From the NCBI GenBank assembly GCA_963847445.1, contig CAWJZV010000009.1:32001-96000 (forward strand): a stretch of 64,000 nt of DNA, in the 5' to 3' direction. Shown piece by piece: positions 1 through 10,112 of this stretch. The notes beneath the pieces are model-generated. The model was not told the origin of the DNA. It saw only the letters and a list, made by a program, of their open reading frames with translations, and made no database searches. Each line of letters opens with the position of its first letter. Within the stretch, counting starts at the first letter, position 1. The stretch comes from an uncultured delta proteobacterium. GTDB taxonomy: Bacteria > Desulfobacterota > Binatia > UBA9968. The position numbers and the translations under genes are program-made.

Positions 1-661
1 CGCGAAAGAAACCGTGCAGTTCATAGTCATCATTATTGGCCCGACGGATGAGCGGCAACTGGCTCGCTTCCAGTGCCGCGAGATAGCTGCCCGCCGCGTC
101 AGTTTGGAGCAGCGCGCCGACCGCGCGCGGATCGAGGGTGGTTAATAGCGCCGCATGCCGATAGAACTGCTGCACTGCCGGCGGCTGTTTGCGGTAAAAT
201 TCGTCCGCCAGGGAATCGAAAGCATGCCGTCCCTGAGAATATTGCCGGTCCATCTCCGAGAGCCGCTGGCTCAGCACCGCACAGAAGTGCAGCAGCCAGG
301 TGGCATGCTTGGCGATCAAATCGTCCCAGGACTCACGGCTGAGTTTCCATAGCAGACAATCTTTTACCGCGATCATGGTCGCCGAACGAGGCGCCGACGA
401 GAGCAAAGCCATCTCGCCAAAATACTCCTGGGGCCCGAGCACGGCGATGGTTTCCGACCGGCCGCCGCCACTGTCCACTCGAACATCTACCGCGCCGGAT
501 TGAATCAGATAGAGCGCATCACCCTGGTCGCCTTGGGAAAATATTTTATGGCCGGCGGCACACTCCACTTCGACCAGATAACCCATGATCTTAGCGATGT
601 CTTCACGCGACAGCCCGGAGAACAGCGGGATGTTTCTAATGGTATCGGCTAAATCGGCCAT
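1..661 (-). CDS. cyclic-nucleotide-binding domain protein, N-terminal part (runs off window); paralog of 42192..44825
   Basis: Not in the ORF track. Manual translation from ATG at 661 gives MADLADTIRNIPLFSGLSREDIAKIMGYL...QGDQGDALYLIQSGAV...FGEMALLSSAPRSAT, a cNMP-binding motif closely matching the start of 42192..44825. Confidence 0.85.
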   Translation of the reverse strand, partial: MADLADTIRNIPLFSGLSREDIAKIMGYLVEVECAAGHKIFSQGDQGDALYLIQSGAVDVRVDSGGGRSETIAVLGPQEYFGEMALLSSAPRSATMIAVKDCLLWKLSRESWDDLIAKHATWLLHFCAVLSQRLSEMDRQYSQGRHAFDSLADEFYRKQPPAVQQFYRHAALLTTLDPRAVGALLQTDAAGSYLAALEASQLPLIRRANNDDYELHGFFR

Positions 662-843
662 CGCTAGTTTGCTGGTGGAATTCTCCTGGTCAGAAGTTGT
701 TACTCTAGCGCAAAGGCAGCCCGATTCATAAACTTTCCCACAGAAACGCGCAACCGGCTCTCTCACAGGCGTGGCGACTGCCAATCCAGCGTGGCAATCG
801 CCGGATTGAACTCATCCGTGCCGACCTCTAGGATAGGGTTGAC

Positions 844-2004
844 ATGAAGAGTGAGCCGTTTTCTCTCTACATTCATATACCGTACTGCCTCAGCAAGTGT
901 CCGTACTGCGACTTCAATTCCCACGTCGTCGCGCAGATCCCGGAGACCGGTTATACCGACGCGCTGCTACGGGAACTGGAACTTTATGGCGAGGAAAGCG
1001 GCTGGCGCGGCCGAACCTTACAGAGCATCTTCTTCGGCGGCGGCACGCCGTCGACATTCAAACCGACCAGCATCGGCAAACTTCTGGCCTGGGTCGCCGC
1101 GACTTTTCCCATCGCCAACGACTGCGAAATCACCATGGAGGCGAATCCTGGAACCGTCGACGCCGCTCATTTCGCCGGCTACCGCGACGCCGGGGTCAAT
1201 CGCATCAGCGTCGGCGTGCAGTCGTTTCAAGCGAAACTGTTAAAGTTCTTGGGCCGCGTCCATTCGGCTGACGAAGCCGAGAAGGCTTTGAACATCGTCA
1301 AACAGTCCGGCTTTGACAATTTCAGTTTCGATCTGATTTACGCCAATCCTGGGCAAACCCTGGCCGATCTCGACGCCGATCTCGACACTGCTCTGGAATT
1401 TAATCCGCCGCACCTGTCGGCCTACAATCTCACTTTCGAAGAGGGCACGCCTTTCCATCATGAATACCGCGCCGGCAGAATGGCTAATCTGGACGAAGAT
1501 GTAGAGATCGCCATGGCCGAGCTGATCGATGCAAAACTCGGCGCCGCCGGCTTGAAACGCTACGAGATTTCCAACTATGCACGTCCGTGGTTTCACTCGC
1601 GCCATAATGTGAACTATTGGCATAGCGGCGATTATCTCGGCCTCGGCGCCGGCGCCCACAGCTATCGCCGCAATGACGACGGTGTCACCGGACGACGCTG
1701 GAACAATGAGAAAAGCCCGGCCAAATACATGACTCAGATCGACGACACCCGCCAAGCCGTCGTCGAACGGGAGTCCATCGACGCTCACAAAGCGGCGGCC
1801 GAGTTCATGTTCCTGGGTTTGCGTATGACCGAAGGCATCCGCGCCGACATTTTCCGTCAACGTTTCGGCCAAACAGCGCAGCAGTTTTATCCGCAGATCG
1901 ATACCTGGATCGAAGGCGACCTCATGGTAGAGCAAGGCGAATTTCTCCGTTTCACCGCCAAAGGGCTCATGCTCGCTAACTCGATCTTCGTGCATTTCAT
2001 GTAG
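844..2004 (+). CDS. hemW: radical SAM heme chaperone HemW (HemN-like)
   Basis: YIHIPYCLSKCPYCDF (CxxxCxxC), FFGGGTP, HNVNYW (HNxxYW); 386 aa. Confidence 0.9.
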   Translation: MKSEPFSLYIHIPYCLSKCPYCDFNSHVVAQIPETGYTDALLRELELYGEESGWRGRTLQSIFFGGGTPSTFKPTSIGKLLAWVAATFPIANDCEITMEANPGTVDAAHFAGYRDAGVNRISVGVQSFQAKLLKFLGRVHSADEAEKALNIVKQSGFDNFSFDLIYANPGQTLADLDADLDTALEFNPPHLSAYNLTFEEGTPFHHEYRAGRMANLDEDVEIAMAELIDAKLGAAGLKRYEISNYARPWFHSRHNVNYWHSGDYLGLGAGAHSYRRNDDGVTGRRWNNEKSPAKYMTQIDDTRQAVVERESIDAHKAAAEFMFLGLRMTEGIRADIFRQRFGQTAQQFYPQIDTWIEGDLMVEQGEFLRFTAKGLMLANSIFVHFM

Positions 2005-2025
2005 GGGCGACCGGCGGTCGCCCTT
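2001..2025 (+). repeat. REP-like GTAG-initiated palindrome
   Basis: GTAGGGGCGACCGGCGGTCGCCCTT; the core gggcgaccggcggtcgccctt recurs identically at 37128-37148. Confidence 0.7.
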
Positions 2026-2056
2026 AACGACAGATTATTTCGCTCTGGAGGATACG

Positions 2057-3255
2057 ATGGTACCGCTAACCTTAACAATCTGCGCATCGACCATATCGGC
2101 AGCTTAGTGCGCCCAACGCAGCTCAAAGAGGTCTTTGCCCGCTTCGACCGCGGCCAAGCTAGCAAAGAAGAATTGAGCCGATCTCAGGACGAAGCGATTC
2201 GCGACGTTATTGCGCAGCAGGAAAGTCACGGCTATCCCATAGTCACCGACGGCGAATTTCGCCGTCATAGTTTTCAAGAAAGTTTTTCCGAATGCGTCAC
2301 CGGCTTCGACGTGCCGAAGAATATCGGCCTCTACTACGAGAAACGCGACTTGAACGAAACCCCGCTTGAGCGCGCCGAGCAAAACTTTGAAGAGGCCGGC
2401 CCGGCGATCATCACCCGGCGTGGCGCCGCGGAACGCTTGAAGGTCGTGCGCAACCTGCCGCTGGAAGAGTACCGCTATGCCCAAAGCGTCGCGAAAGTGC
2501 CGGCCAAAATCACGATCCTCGGCCCCGATCGCATCGCCCAGCGCTTCAAATGGGAAGCGTCGTTGAATGTCTACCAAGGCCTCGACGACTTCGTCGAGCA
2601 TATCGTTGCCATCGAACGGCAGATGATCGCCGAGCTCGTGAAAGCCGGCTGCAAGTACATCCAGATCGACGCCCCCGGCTACACCGCCTACGTCGACAAA
2701 GTATCATTGGACAGAATGCGCTCCCGCGGTGAAGATCCCGAAAGAAACTTCCAACGCTCCATCGACGCCGACAACGCGCTGATCGAAGGTTTTCCCGGCG
2801 TGACTTTCGGAATACATATCTGCCGCGGTAACGCCCGCACCATCGATCCGCAAACCGGCAAGCTCGTGCCGCAGTGGCATCGCGAAGGCAGCTACGACGC
2901 CATCGCCGAGAAACTCTTCAACACGCTCAAACATCAAAGACTGCTTTTGGAATACGACAGCGACCGCGCCGGCGGCTTCGAACCGCTTCGCCTGGTGCCG
3001 AAAGACAAAATCGTTGTGTTGGGCTTAGTGTCGACGAAAAATTCCGACATGGAAACCGTCGACGACCTGAAACGCCGCATCGATCAAGCGAGCAAATATC
3101 TGCCCATCGACCAACTCGCCTTGAGCCCCCAGTGCGGCTTCGGCGGTATCGACTCGAAAGTGCTTAGCGAAGCGGAAATGTGGCGGAAGCTCGATACGAT
3201 CGTCGAGACGGCACAACCAAGTGTGGAATTGACCGAGACTAACAATACTCTATGA
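2057..3255 (+). CDS. cobalamin-independent methionine synthase II-like protein (MetE C-terminal-type), probable indels at both ends
   Basis: DHIGSLVRP, TDGEFRR, Zn ligands HICRGN / EYD / PQCGF. GGAGG precedes ATG 2057, which is one base out of frame with ORF 2107..3255. A shifted frame near the 3' end gives ...QVWN* ending at 3232. Confidence 0.8.
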
Positions 3256-3257
3256 CG

Positions 3258-3539
3258 CTAACTGTCTGGCCTGACGCTACTCAGCCACTCTTCGTGCACA
3301 TCGACCCAGATCGAATCTTGATCGTGGCAGGTCGACACTTCGCTTAAGTCGAATTTGACGGTGTAGAGCGGTTTGTGAATGCCGCGGTGATCGCGGATGT
3401 TTTCCAAAACACCGTGGACTAGGCCGATGACGCCGCGCTTGCCGCGAATGTAACGTGGCGTGCGCGGATTGCCAGCCGGGTTATCGTTGGCGACCATGAC
3501 GGCGTCGCCGATATTGTATTTGCTCGTCGTGTCGTTCAT
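3258..3539 (-). CDS. nitrile hydratase beta-subunit C-terminal (SH3-like) domain only; comparable to thiocyanate hydrolase alpha subunit
   Basis: KYNIGDAVMV...NPRTPRYIRGKRGVI...LYTVKF...VDVHEEWL; 93 aa; directly downstream of the NHase alpha gene. Confidence 0.85.
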   Translation of the reverse strand: MNDTTSKYNIGDAVMVANDNPAGNPRTPRYIRGKRGVIGLVHGVLENIRDHRGIHKPLYTVKFDLSEVSTCHDQDSIWVDVHEEWLSSVRPDS

Positions 3540-3548
3540 AGAATTGTC

Positions 3549-4622
3549 TCAATCAGGCCGCACGCGCGGCATCTCCGGCTCGACGTGGGCTGCTTCTCGC
3601 TCGCGCAACTGCGACGGCTCCAGTGCGTAGCCGGCGCCGATCAAACTATCGACCGTGACGAGCTTGGCCAATTCTGCTTCCGACATGCCATCGCTGCCGG
3701 CGGGGCGTTGCGGCAAGACAAAGTAGCGCACGTCTGAGGTGCTATCCCAAACCCGCAGTTCTTTATCGCTGGGAAACTCTAGCTGAAACATGTCCTTCAT
3801 GCAGGCGCGCGGGTTCTGCACGATGTTGGTGCGGTAGCTTTCGTGCTTGTACCACCACGGAGTGTCGCCGAGGATGTCGTAGGGATAACAGGAACATAAC
3901 GTGCAGACGACGACGTTGTGCGTTTTTTCGGTATTTTCGACAACCACCAATTTGCCGACCTTGCCCTGATGCACGCCCATTTCTCTGAGCGCCTCGCGGC
4001 CGGTATCGAGCAAGGCCTTTTTGAACTCCGCGTCGGTCCACGCCTTGGCGACGATCACGCCGCCGGCCCAGGGCCGTTCTTCGTGTAATTGCTTCCAGCG
4101 CTGTGCCAAATCTTCCCGCGTCGCCCAGCCGCGCTGGATCAAGGCTTGGACGAATACTTCCAGCAACTCCTGGTAGTCGTTTAGATCTTGTTCCACGCTC
4201 ACCATGCGCTCTTCGAGGGTGCCATGGTGTTCCTTCTTTTTGATCTTAAAAAAATCGTCATAGTCGCCGCGCTCCTTGCGGTTGTCCTCGGTGACCATAT
4301 CCATGCCTTCGACGGTGCGCGCTGAAACCAAGGCGATGCCTTTGACATACTCATCGAGCCATTCTTCCAAATAGCGCACCCGCGCTTCGACGTTTTTCCC
4401 CTGGGGCTTGCCGATCTTGAAGAAATGATCTTTCTTCTTGAGCGTCGAGCGCACCTTAAGCAAATCGTAAAACGTCACGACGTTACGCCGCAGTAGATAG
4501 AAAATCCGCGGCTCGAAGCGTTTGGCACGGTAATATTCCAGGTCTTCTTCGACGGCTTTAACATGCGCCAGGTAATCGTGCATATGGCCTTCGAACGGCT
4601 TGTGCCCATGTTTTCCTGACAT
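3549..4622 (-). CDS. nitrile hydratase alpha / thiocyanate hydrolase gamma family metal-binding subunit with long N-terminal extension
   Basis: VVCTLCSCYP (Co-type motif), IVAKAWTDAEFK, VWDSTSDVRYFVLPQRP; 357 aa versus about 200-240 aa for typical members. Confidence 0.9.
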   Translation of the reverse strand: MSGKHGHKPFEGHMHDYLAHVKAVEEDLEYYRAKRFEPRIFYLLRRNVVTFYDLLKVRSTLKKKDHFFKIGKPQGKNVEARVRYLEEWLDEYVKGIALVSARTVEGMDMVTEDNRKERGDYDDFFKIKKKEHHGTLEERMVSVEQDLNDYQELLEVFVQALIQRGWATREDLAQRWKQLHEERPWAGGVIVAKAWTDAEFKKALLDTGREALREMGVHQGKVGKLVVVENTEKTHNVVVCTLCSCYPYDILGDTPWWYKHESYRTNIVQNPRACMKDMFQLEFPSDKELRVWDSTSDVRYFVLPQRPAGSDGMSEAELAKLVTVDSLIGAGYALEPSQLREREAAHVEPEMPRVRPD

Positions 4623-4648
4623 CGAATATTCCTCCGAGTCTCGGCCCT

Positions 4649-6364
4649 TTAGTGGCTATCGAAAATCTCTTGGTATTGTTTTAACTTCGCTTTGGCGGCA
4701 TCGGTTTCCGCCTGAGTCGGTTGGGCTGGATCGGCCGCCGGCGGCAAGCAACCGAACTTCATCAAACAAGCCATCAATAGCAGCCGTGCCTTGGTCGCGG
4801 TCAAATTACTGCCGGCAATCGCCAGCGGATCGCGCGTGGCATCGACAAAACCGCCTGCATTGCCGCGGCCGACTTTGACCACCGGCATGCCGCTGAAGGT
4901 CGCGCGCTTTAACGCCGCATCCACCGAATTGCTCATGGCGCCAAAGGGCGCCGAGCCCTCGGCCACAAAGCCGGCGAGTGGCGCCATGCGCAGATTGTTT
5001 TCAATGCGCGCGAGAATATCGACTTCGCTGCTCGCGTTCCCCGAAGTGTCCTCAGGCAGATAACGCGCATGCTTGACTATCGTCACCTTGGGAATCGCCG
5101 CCGCCAGCAAATCACCTGTGGTCTCCTTGATTGGCACCGCGATGATGCCGATCGTTGAACCTTGAACCCTTGAACCTTGAACATCCTTTGGCATTTGGCG
5201 CAGGTTCACCAGCGAGTGATGCGTATGCCGCTTGATCGGTTTGAAAGAAAACTGCGGCGCGCCGGGATGGCCCATTCTGCCGATGATGCCGCCATGACCG
5301 CCCGTGGCAATATAACCGCCGGGGCGAGCATCGGCTTTTTGCACATCGCGCGCGGTAAAAATCTGCTCGTCGAGGATCGCCACCGCGCCGATACAGTCGC
5401 GGCCGTTGTCGTCGGCCCAAATTTTCGACGTTATATAATCCACCGAATCGACGATGTTGCGGTCGCCGTCGTTGCCGATGGCGCCATGGGGACGCTGCGA
5501 GGAATTACCGACAATCGGCACCGTCGTGTCGATCAACAGATTGAGCCAGTAGGTGGTCTCCTCGACGAAGGGACTGCCTTCAAGCCAAATCCCGCCGGCA
5601 TACCTGCCGCTGCCTAAAGCTTGCTGCACGACATTGGTCAACCGTGCCAGCGCCGCCATGGGCGGCTCTTTGCGCAGATAACCGGGGCGGTAGGGAAAGA
5701 AATCGTTGCCACGAATCTCGGCAGGAATGTCGCCGGTGCCGACATCGGTACGTTCGCTCTCACGCCGCCCGGACACGTAACCACCTGACGGCAAGGCGCG
5801 GTAAAAGTCGAAGTCCGCTTTCCCCGTCAGCAGGCAACCCACACCTTCGTCTGAGATTCCTAATCGGTCGATCTCTTCGAACAAGCGCGCGCCATCGGGA
5901 AAGAACGGCACGCGAACCCGATCGGCTGGAATATTTTTCTCCGTGCCGTCCATCTCCCATGGCTGTCCGTTAGCTTGGCGCGCCATGTAGGGGAGCGGAT
6001 AGAGGCCGTCTTCAGGTTTGAGCGTAATCTCGTAAACCGGTTTGTCGTCGGCGCCGGTGCGTTGTTTGTGAAAGATACCCGCCGCGTCGAGATAACCGTC
6101 CGGTGGCGCGTAAAGCTCGGCGTGATCGCGCTCGAGCGGGTGGGCGCTGAATTGCTCGACATAAACGGTCACCGGCGCCGCCAAGCGTTGCGCGCGCAGC
6201 ACGTCGAAACGCATCGGCGAGCCGTCTTTGTGGGTGCGAACAGGTAGGCCGTACTTTTCGCGCGCCTTGTTGCTGGTTACCAACGGCTCACTGTTTTGAA
6301 TCGTCGCCGTCGGTCCGGAAAAAACCGCGATACGCGGTTTCGCCTCGCTGCCTGTGTCAGCCAT
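4649..6364 (-). CDS. L-asparaginase-fold protein with divergent active-site motifs
   Basis: IAVFSGPTATI (cf. ATGGTIA), WLEGSPFVEETTYWL (cf. HGTDTMEETA), GNSSQRP, SNLTATKARLLL; start taken at ATG 6364. Confidence 0.75.
   Translation of the reverse strand: MADTGSEAKPRIAVFSGPTATIQNSEPLVTSNKAREKYGLPVRTHKDGSPMRFDVLRAQRLAAPVTVYVEQFSAHPLERDHAELYAPPDGYLDAAGIFHKQRTGADDKPVYEITLKPEDGLYPLPYMARQANGQPWEMDGTEKNIPADRVRVPFFPDGARLFEEIDRLGISDEGVGCLLTGKADFDFYRALPSGGYVSGRRESERTDVGTGDIPAEIRGNDFFPYRPGYLRKEPPMAALARLTNVVQQALGSGRYAGGIWLEGSPFVEETTYWLNLLIDTTVPIVGNSSQRPHGAIGNDGDRNIVDSVDYITSKIWADDNGRDCIGAVAILDEQIFTARDVQKADARPGGYIATGGHGGIIGRMGHPGAPQFSFKPIKRHTHHSLVNLRQMPKDVQGSRVQGSTIGIIAVPIKETTGDLLAAAIPKVTIVKHARYLPEDTSGNASSEVDILARIENNLRMAPLAGFVAEGSAPFGAMSNSVDAALKRATFSGMPVVKVGRGNAGGFVDATRDPLAIAGSNLTATKARLLLMACLMKFGCLPPAADPAQPTQAETDAAKAKLKQYQEIFDSH
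5155..5182. repeat. heptamer tandem repeat (ttgaacc) inside coding sequence
   Basis: ttgaacc ttgaaccc ttgaacc ttgaac; encodes VQGSRVQGS on the minus strand. Confidence 0.75.
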
Positions 6365-6404
6365 TATGAACTCGCTGAGATAGAATGAGTAAAAGCAACG
6401 ATTC

Positions 6405-6983
6405 TCATTTAAGCGCAAACGGCAGCTGCTTAGGCCCGTAGCCCTGCCAATATTTGTTGGTCGCCGGGTCGTAGCGTCCCTGAAGGAAACCGCCGGCTTT
6501 TTCGGCGCGGACGATAATCGCTACCGTCCGCTCATCGCCGCTCTCCTCGGCGTGAATCGCATAGGGCGGCACCAGGTCGATCTTGCCCGCACTCACTTTG
6601 ACGTTGACCGATTTACGCACCTCGGCGTAGTCAGGCTTTGACTGGTCATCGACGCGTTCATAACGCTCAATGGATTCGGAACCATCGAGCACGCCGTATA
6701 GCGTCCAGTTATGCGCGTGGTCGTGGATCGCCGTGCGCGTGTGCGGCGCCTTGATCAAACCGTTGATGACGAATTTGTAGTCGGGATCCTCATAGAAAAG
6801 TAAGTTCTCAGCGCGCTCGCCGCCCTGAGAACAATCCGGCCAATGCTTCGACTGTTCCCTCACCGCCGGATCGGCGATCAGCTCCCCCAGGAGAGGGGTC
6901 ATCTTCTCCCAGCGTTTTGCCGGATCGATTTCTTCGGCGTGAAGCTGGCGTGCGGACGCGATAAACTTTTGTACTGCGGACAT
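6405..6983 (-). CDS. cysteine-dioxygenase-like cupin (3-His)
   Basis: TAIHDHAHNWTLYGVLDGSE...AIHAE; GGAGG ribosome-binding site before ATG 6983. Confidence 0.7.
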   Translation of the reverse strand: MSAVQKFIASARQLHAEEIDPAKRWEKMTPLLGELIADPAVREQSKHWPDCSQGGERAENLLFYEDPDYKFVINGLIKAPHTRTAIHDHAHNWTLYGVLDGSESIERYERVDDQSKPDYAEVRKSVNVKVSAGKIDLVPPYAIHAEESGDERTVAIIVRAEKAGGFLQGRYDPATNKYWQGYGPKQLPFALK

Positions 6984-7101
6984 CGGTTCCTCCTTCAGCA
7001 TAATGCCTATTTTTGTGAACTAGCGAATTATTAGTCCGATGAGATACTACTCGTCAAGCCGGACTGAAAGATTTCAAATTACAGATTCCAAATTCCAAAA
7101 T

Positions 7102-7141
7102 AAAAAAGGCTCCGACAGCGATCACGCCAGCGGAGCCTTTT
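7102..7141 (-). terminator. intrinsic terminator after ahcY (possibly bidirectional)
   Basis: aaaaggctccg ... cggagcctttt stem flanked by A and T tracts. Confidence 0.75.
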
Positions 7142-7162
7142 GAAGGGGTTAGCAAATCGAAC

Positions 7163-8449
<1,287 letters not shown>

Positions 8450-8495
8450 TCAGTTTGTCGTAATAAAGGTTTGCTAATCAATTGGTGGCAAAACA

Positions 8496-8518
8496 CAGGG
8501 TGCGCGACGCGCACCCTG
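8496..8518. repeat. REP-like palindrome between metK and ahcY
   Basis: cagggtgcgcg-a-cgcgcaccctg perfect inverted repeat. Confidence 0.65.
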
Positions 8519-8576
8519 CTTGCTTATTGTCGTCTTGAGTATGAAAAATGACCGGCTGCCGCCCAGCGAACGATCG

Positions 8577-9755
8577 CTAGACTCGCCCAGCCGCTTTCTT
8601 GAGATCGGCCGCGCGATCGGTTTTTTCCCAAGTAAACATACCCTCTTCCGGAGCTCGGCCGAAGTGGCCGTAGGCTGCCGTGGCGCGATAGATCGGCCGT
8701 TTCAAATCGAGGGTTTGAATGATGCCCTTGGGGCTCAGATCGAAACTGTCTTGGACGATTTTGGCGATCATGTCTTCTGGAATCGCCGCGGTGCCGAAGG
8801 TATCGACGAGCACCGAAACCGGCTGCGCCACACCGATGACGTAAGCCAGTTGGACTTCGCAACGTTGGGCCAGTTCAGCCGCAACGATATTCTTAGCCAC
8901 ATAGCGCGCCATATACGCCGCGCTGCGGTCGACCTTCGATGGGTCCTTCCCAGAGAATGCACCGCCGCCATGACGGCCCATGCCGCCATAGGTGTCGACG
9001 ATAATTTTGCGGCCGGTCAGCCCGCAATCGCCTTGCGGGCCACCGACAACGAACCGGCCCGTCGGGTTGACGTGAAAAATCGTGTCTTTGTCCAAGTAGT
9101 CGGCGGGAATCACGGCTTTGATGACGCCGTCGATGATCGTCTCGCGCAGTTTCGCGTACTCGACATCGGCGCTGTGCTGCGTCGAGATCACGACGTTTTT
9201 GACCTTGACCGGCTTGCCGTCACGATACTCGACGGTAACCTGGGATTTGCTGTCGGGGCGGAGAAAATAAGCTTCGCCGCCTTTGCGGATCTTGGCGAGA
9301 TAGTGAACGAGGTTGTGCGCCATCTGAATCGGCAATGGCATCAGTTCAGGCGTTTCGTCGCAGGCGTAGCCGAACATCATGCCTTGATCGCCAGCCCCTT
9401 GTTCCTTGTGCAAACCTTGGCCTTCGGTAACCCCCTGAGAAATATCCGGCGACTGTTGCTCGATGGCGGTGAGAATCGCGCAGGTGTTGCCGTCGAAACC
9501 CATCGACGAATCCGTGTAGCCGATATCGCGCACTACTTCGCGGACGATATCGACATAAGGAACCTTGGTCTTACTGGTGATTTCGCCGGCAACGACGACC
9601 ATGCCCGTCTTCGCTAAGCTCTCGCAGGCAACGCGGCTATCGGGGTCCCCGGTAAGGTGAGCGTCGAGTATGGCATCGGATACTTGATCGCATAGCTTAT
9701 CCGGATGCCCTTCCGAAACGGACTCCGAAGTGAATAAGAAATTTTTGCCGGCCAT
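8577..9755 (-). CDS. metK: S-adenosylmethionine synthetase
   Basis: [28 protein letters not shown]; GGAGGT ribosome-binding site before ATG 9755. Confidence 0.98.
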   Translation of the reverse strand: MAGKNFLFTSESVSEGHPDKLCDQVSDAILDAHLTGDPDSRVACESLAKTGMVVVAGEITSKTKVPYVDIVREVVRDIGYTDSSMGFDGNTCAILTAIEQQSPDISQGVTEGQGLHKEQGAGDQGMMFGYACDETPELMPLPIQMAHNLVHYLAKIRKGGEAYFLRPDSKSQVTVEYRDGKPVKVKNVVISTQHSADVEYAKLRETIIDGVIKAVIPADYLDKDTIFHVNPTGRFVVGGPQGDCGLTGRKIIVDTYGGMGRHGGGAFSGKDPSKVDRSAAYMARYVAKNIVAAELAQRCEVQLAYVIGVAQPVSVLVDTFGTAAIPEDMIAKIVQDSFDLSPKGIIQTLDLKRPIYRATAAYGHFGRAPEEGMFTWEKTDRAADLKKAAGRV

Positions 9756-9832
9756 CAGCAAGACCTCCAAAGTTCTAAGAATGGAAAATTACAATCTGCC
9801 GATTCTATCGGATCGGGAATGGTCATTCAACC

Positions 9833-10108
9833 TTATTCGCTCTCGTTGAAGCGTGCGTCAATGAGCTTTTCGAGCGCCTTTACCGCCTTTTCGGCATCTT
9901 CACCGGTGGCCTCGATCTGAATCTTGCTGCCCTGCGGAACTCCCAAGGACATCACCCCCAAAATGCTCCGGCCATCGGTGGTTTGGCCGTCGGCGGAAAA
10001 ACTGATCTGAGCGGAAAACTTGTTGACGGTCTGCACCAGCAGCGCGGCCGCGCGCGCGTGCACACCCAATTTATTCTTGATTTCGATTTTCTTTACGACT
10101 TTGCTCAT
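9833..10108 (-). CDS. ptsH: phosphocarrier protein HPr/NPr
   Basis: NKLGVHARAA (His15) and DGRSILGVMSL (Ser46 region). Confidence 0.92.
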   Translation of the reverse strand: MSKVVKKIEIKNKLGVHARAAALLVQTVNKFSAQISFSADGQTTDGRSILGVMSLGVPQGSKIQIEATGEDAEKAVKALEKLIDARFNESE

Positions 10109-10112
10109 AAAC

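Noticed and set aside
844-2004. Coproporphyrinogen III dehydrogenase HemN
   Set aside because: Lacks the HemN N-terminal extension and carries the HNxxYW motif typical of HemW.
3549-4622. NHLP (nitrile-hydratase leader peptide) RiPP precursor
   Set aside because: NHLPs lack the CxxCSC metal motif; it is intact here, and there is no YcaO, radical SAM maturase or peptidase transporter adjacent.
7025-7060. Sigma-70 promoter for the cupin-NHase operon
   Set aside because: TTGACG is present on the minus strand, but the best -10 match needs a 19-nt spacer; too weak to call.
8520-9617. Long antisense ORFs opposite metK, pyrG (17826..19109), the regulator (44463..45584), the kinase (50267..51280) and others
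   Set aside because: Shadow ORFs expected in GC-rich DNA; no motifs, and they fully overlap well-supported genes.
9756-9832. SAM riboswitch upstream of metK
   Set aside because: The gap is under 80 bp and no SAM-I/II core was recognised.
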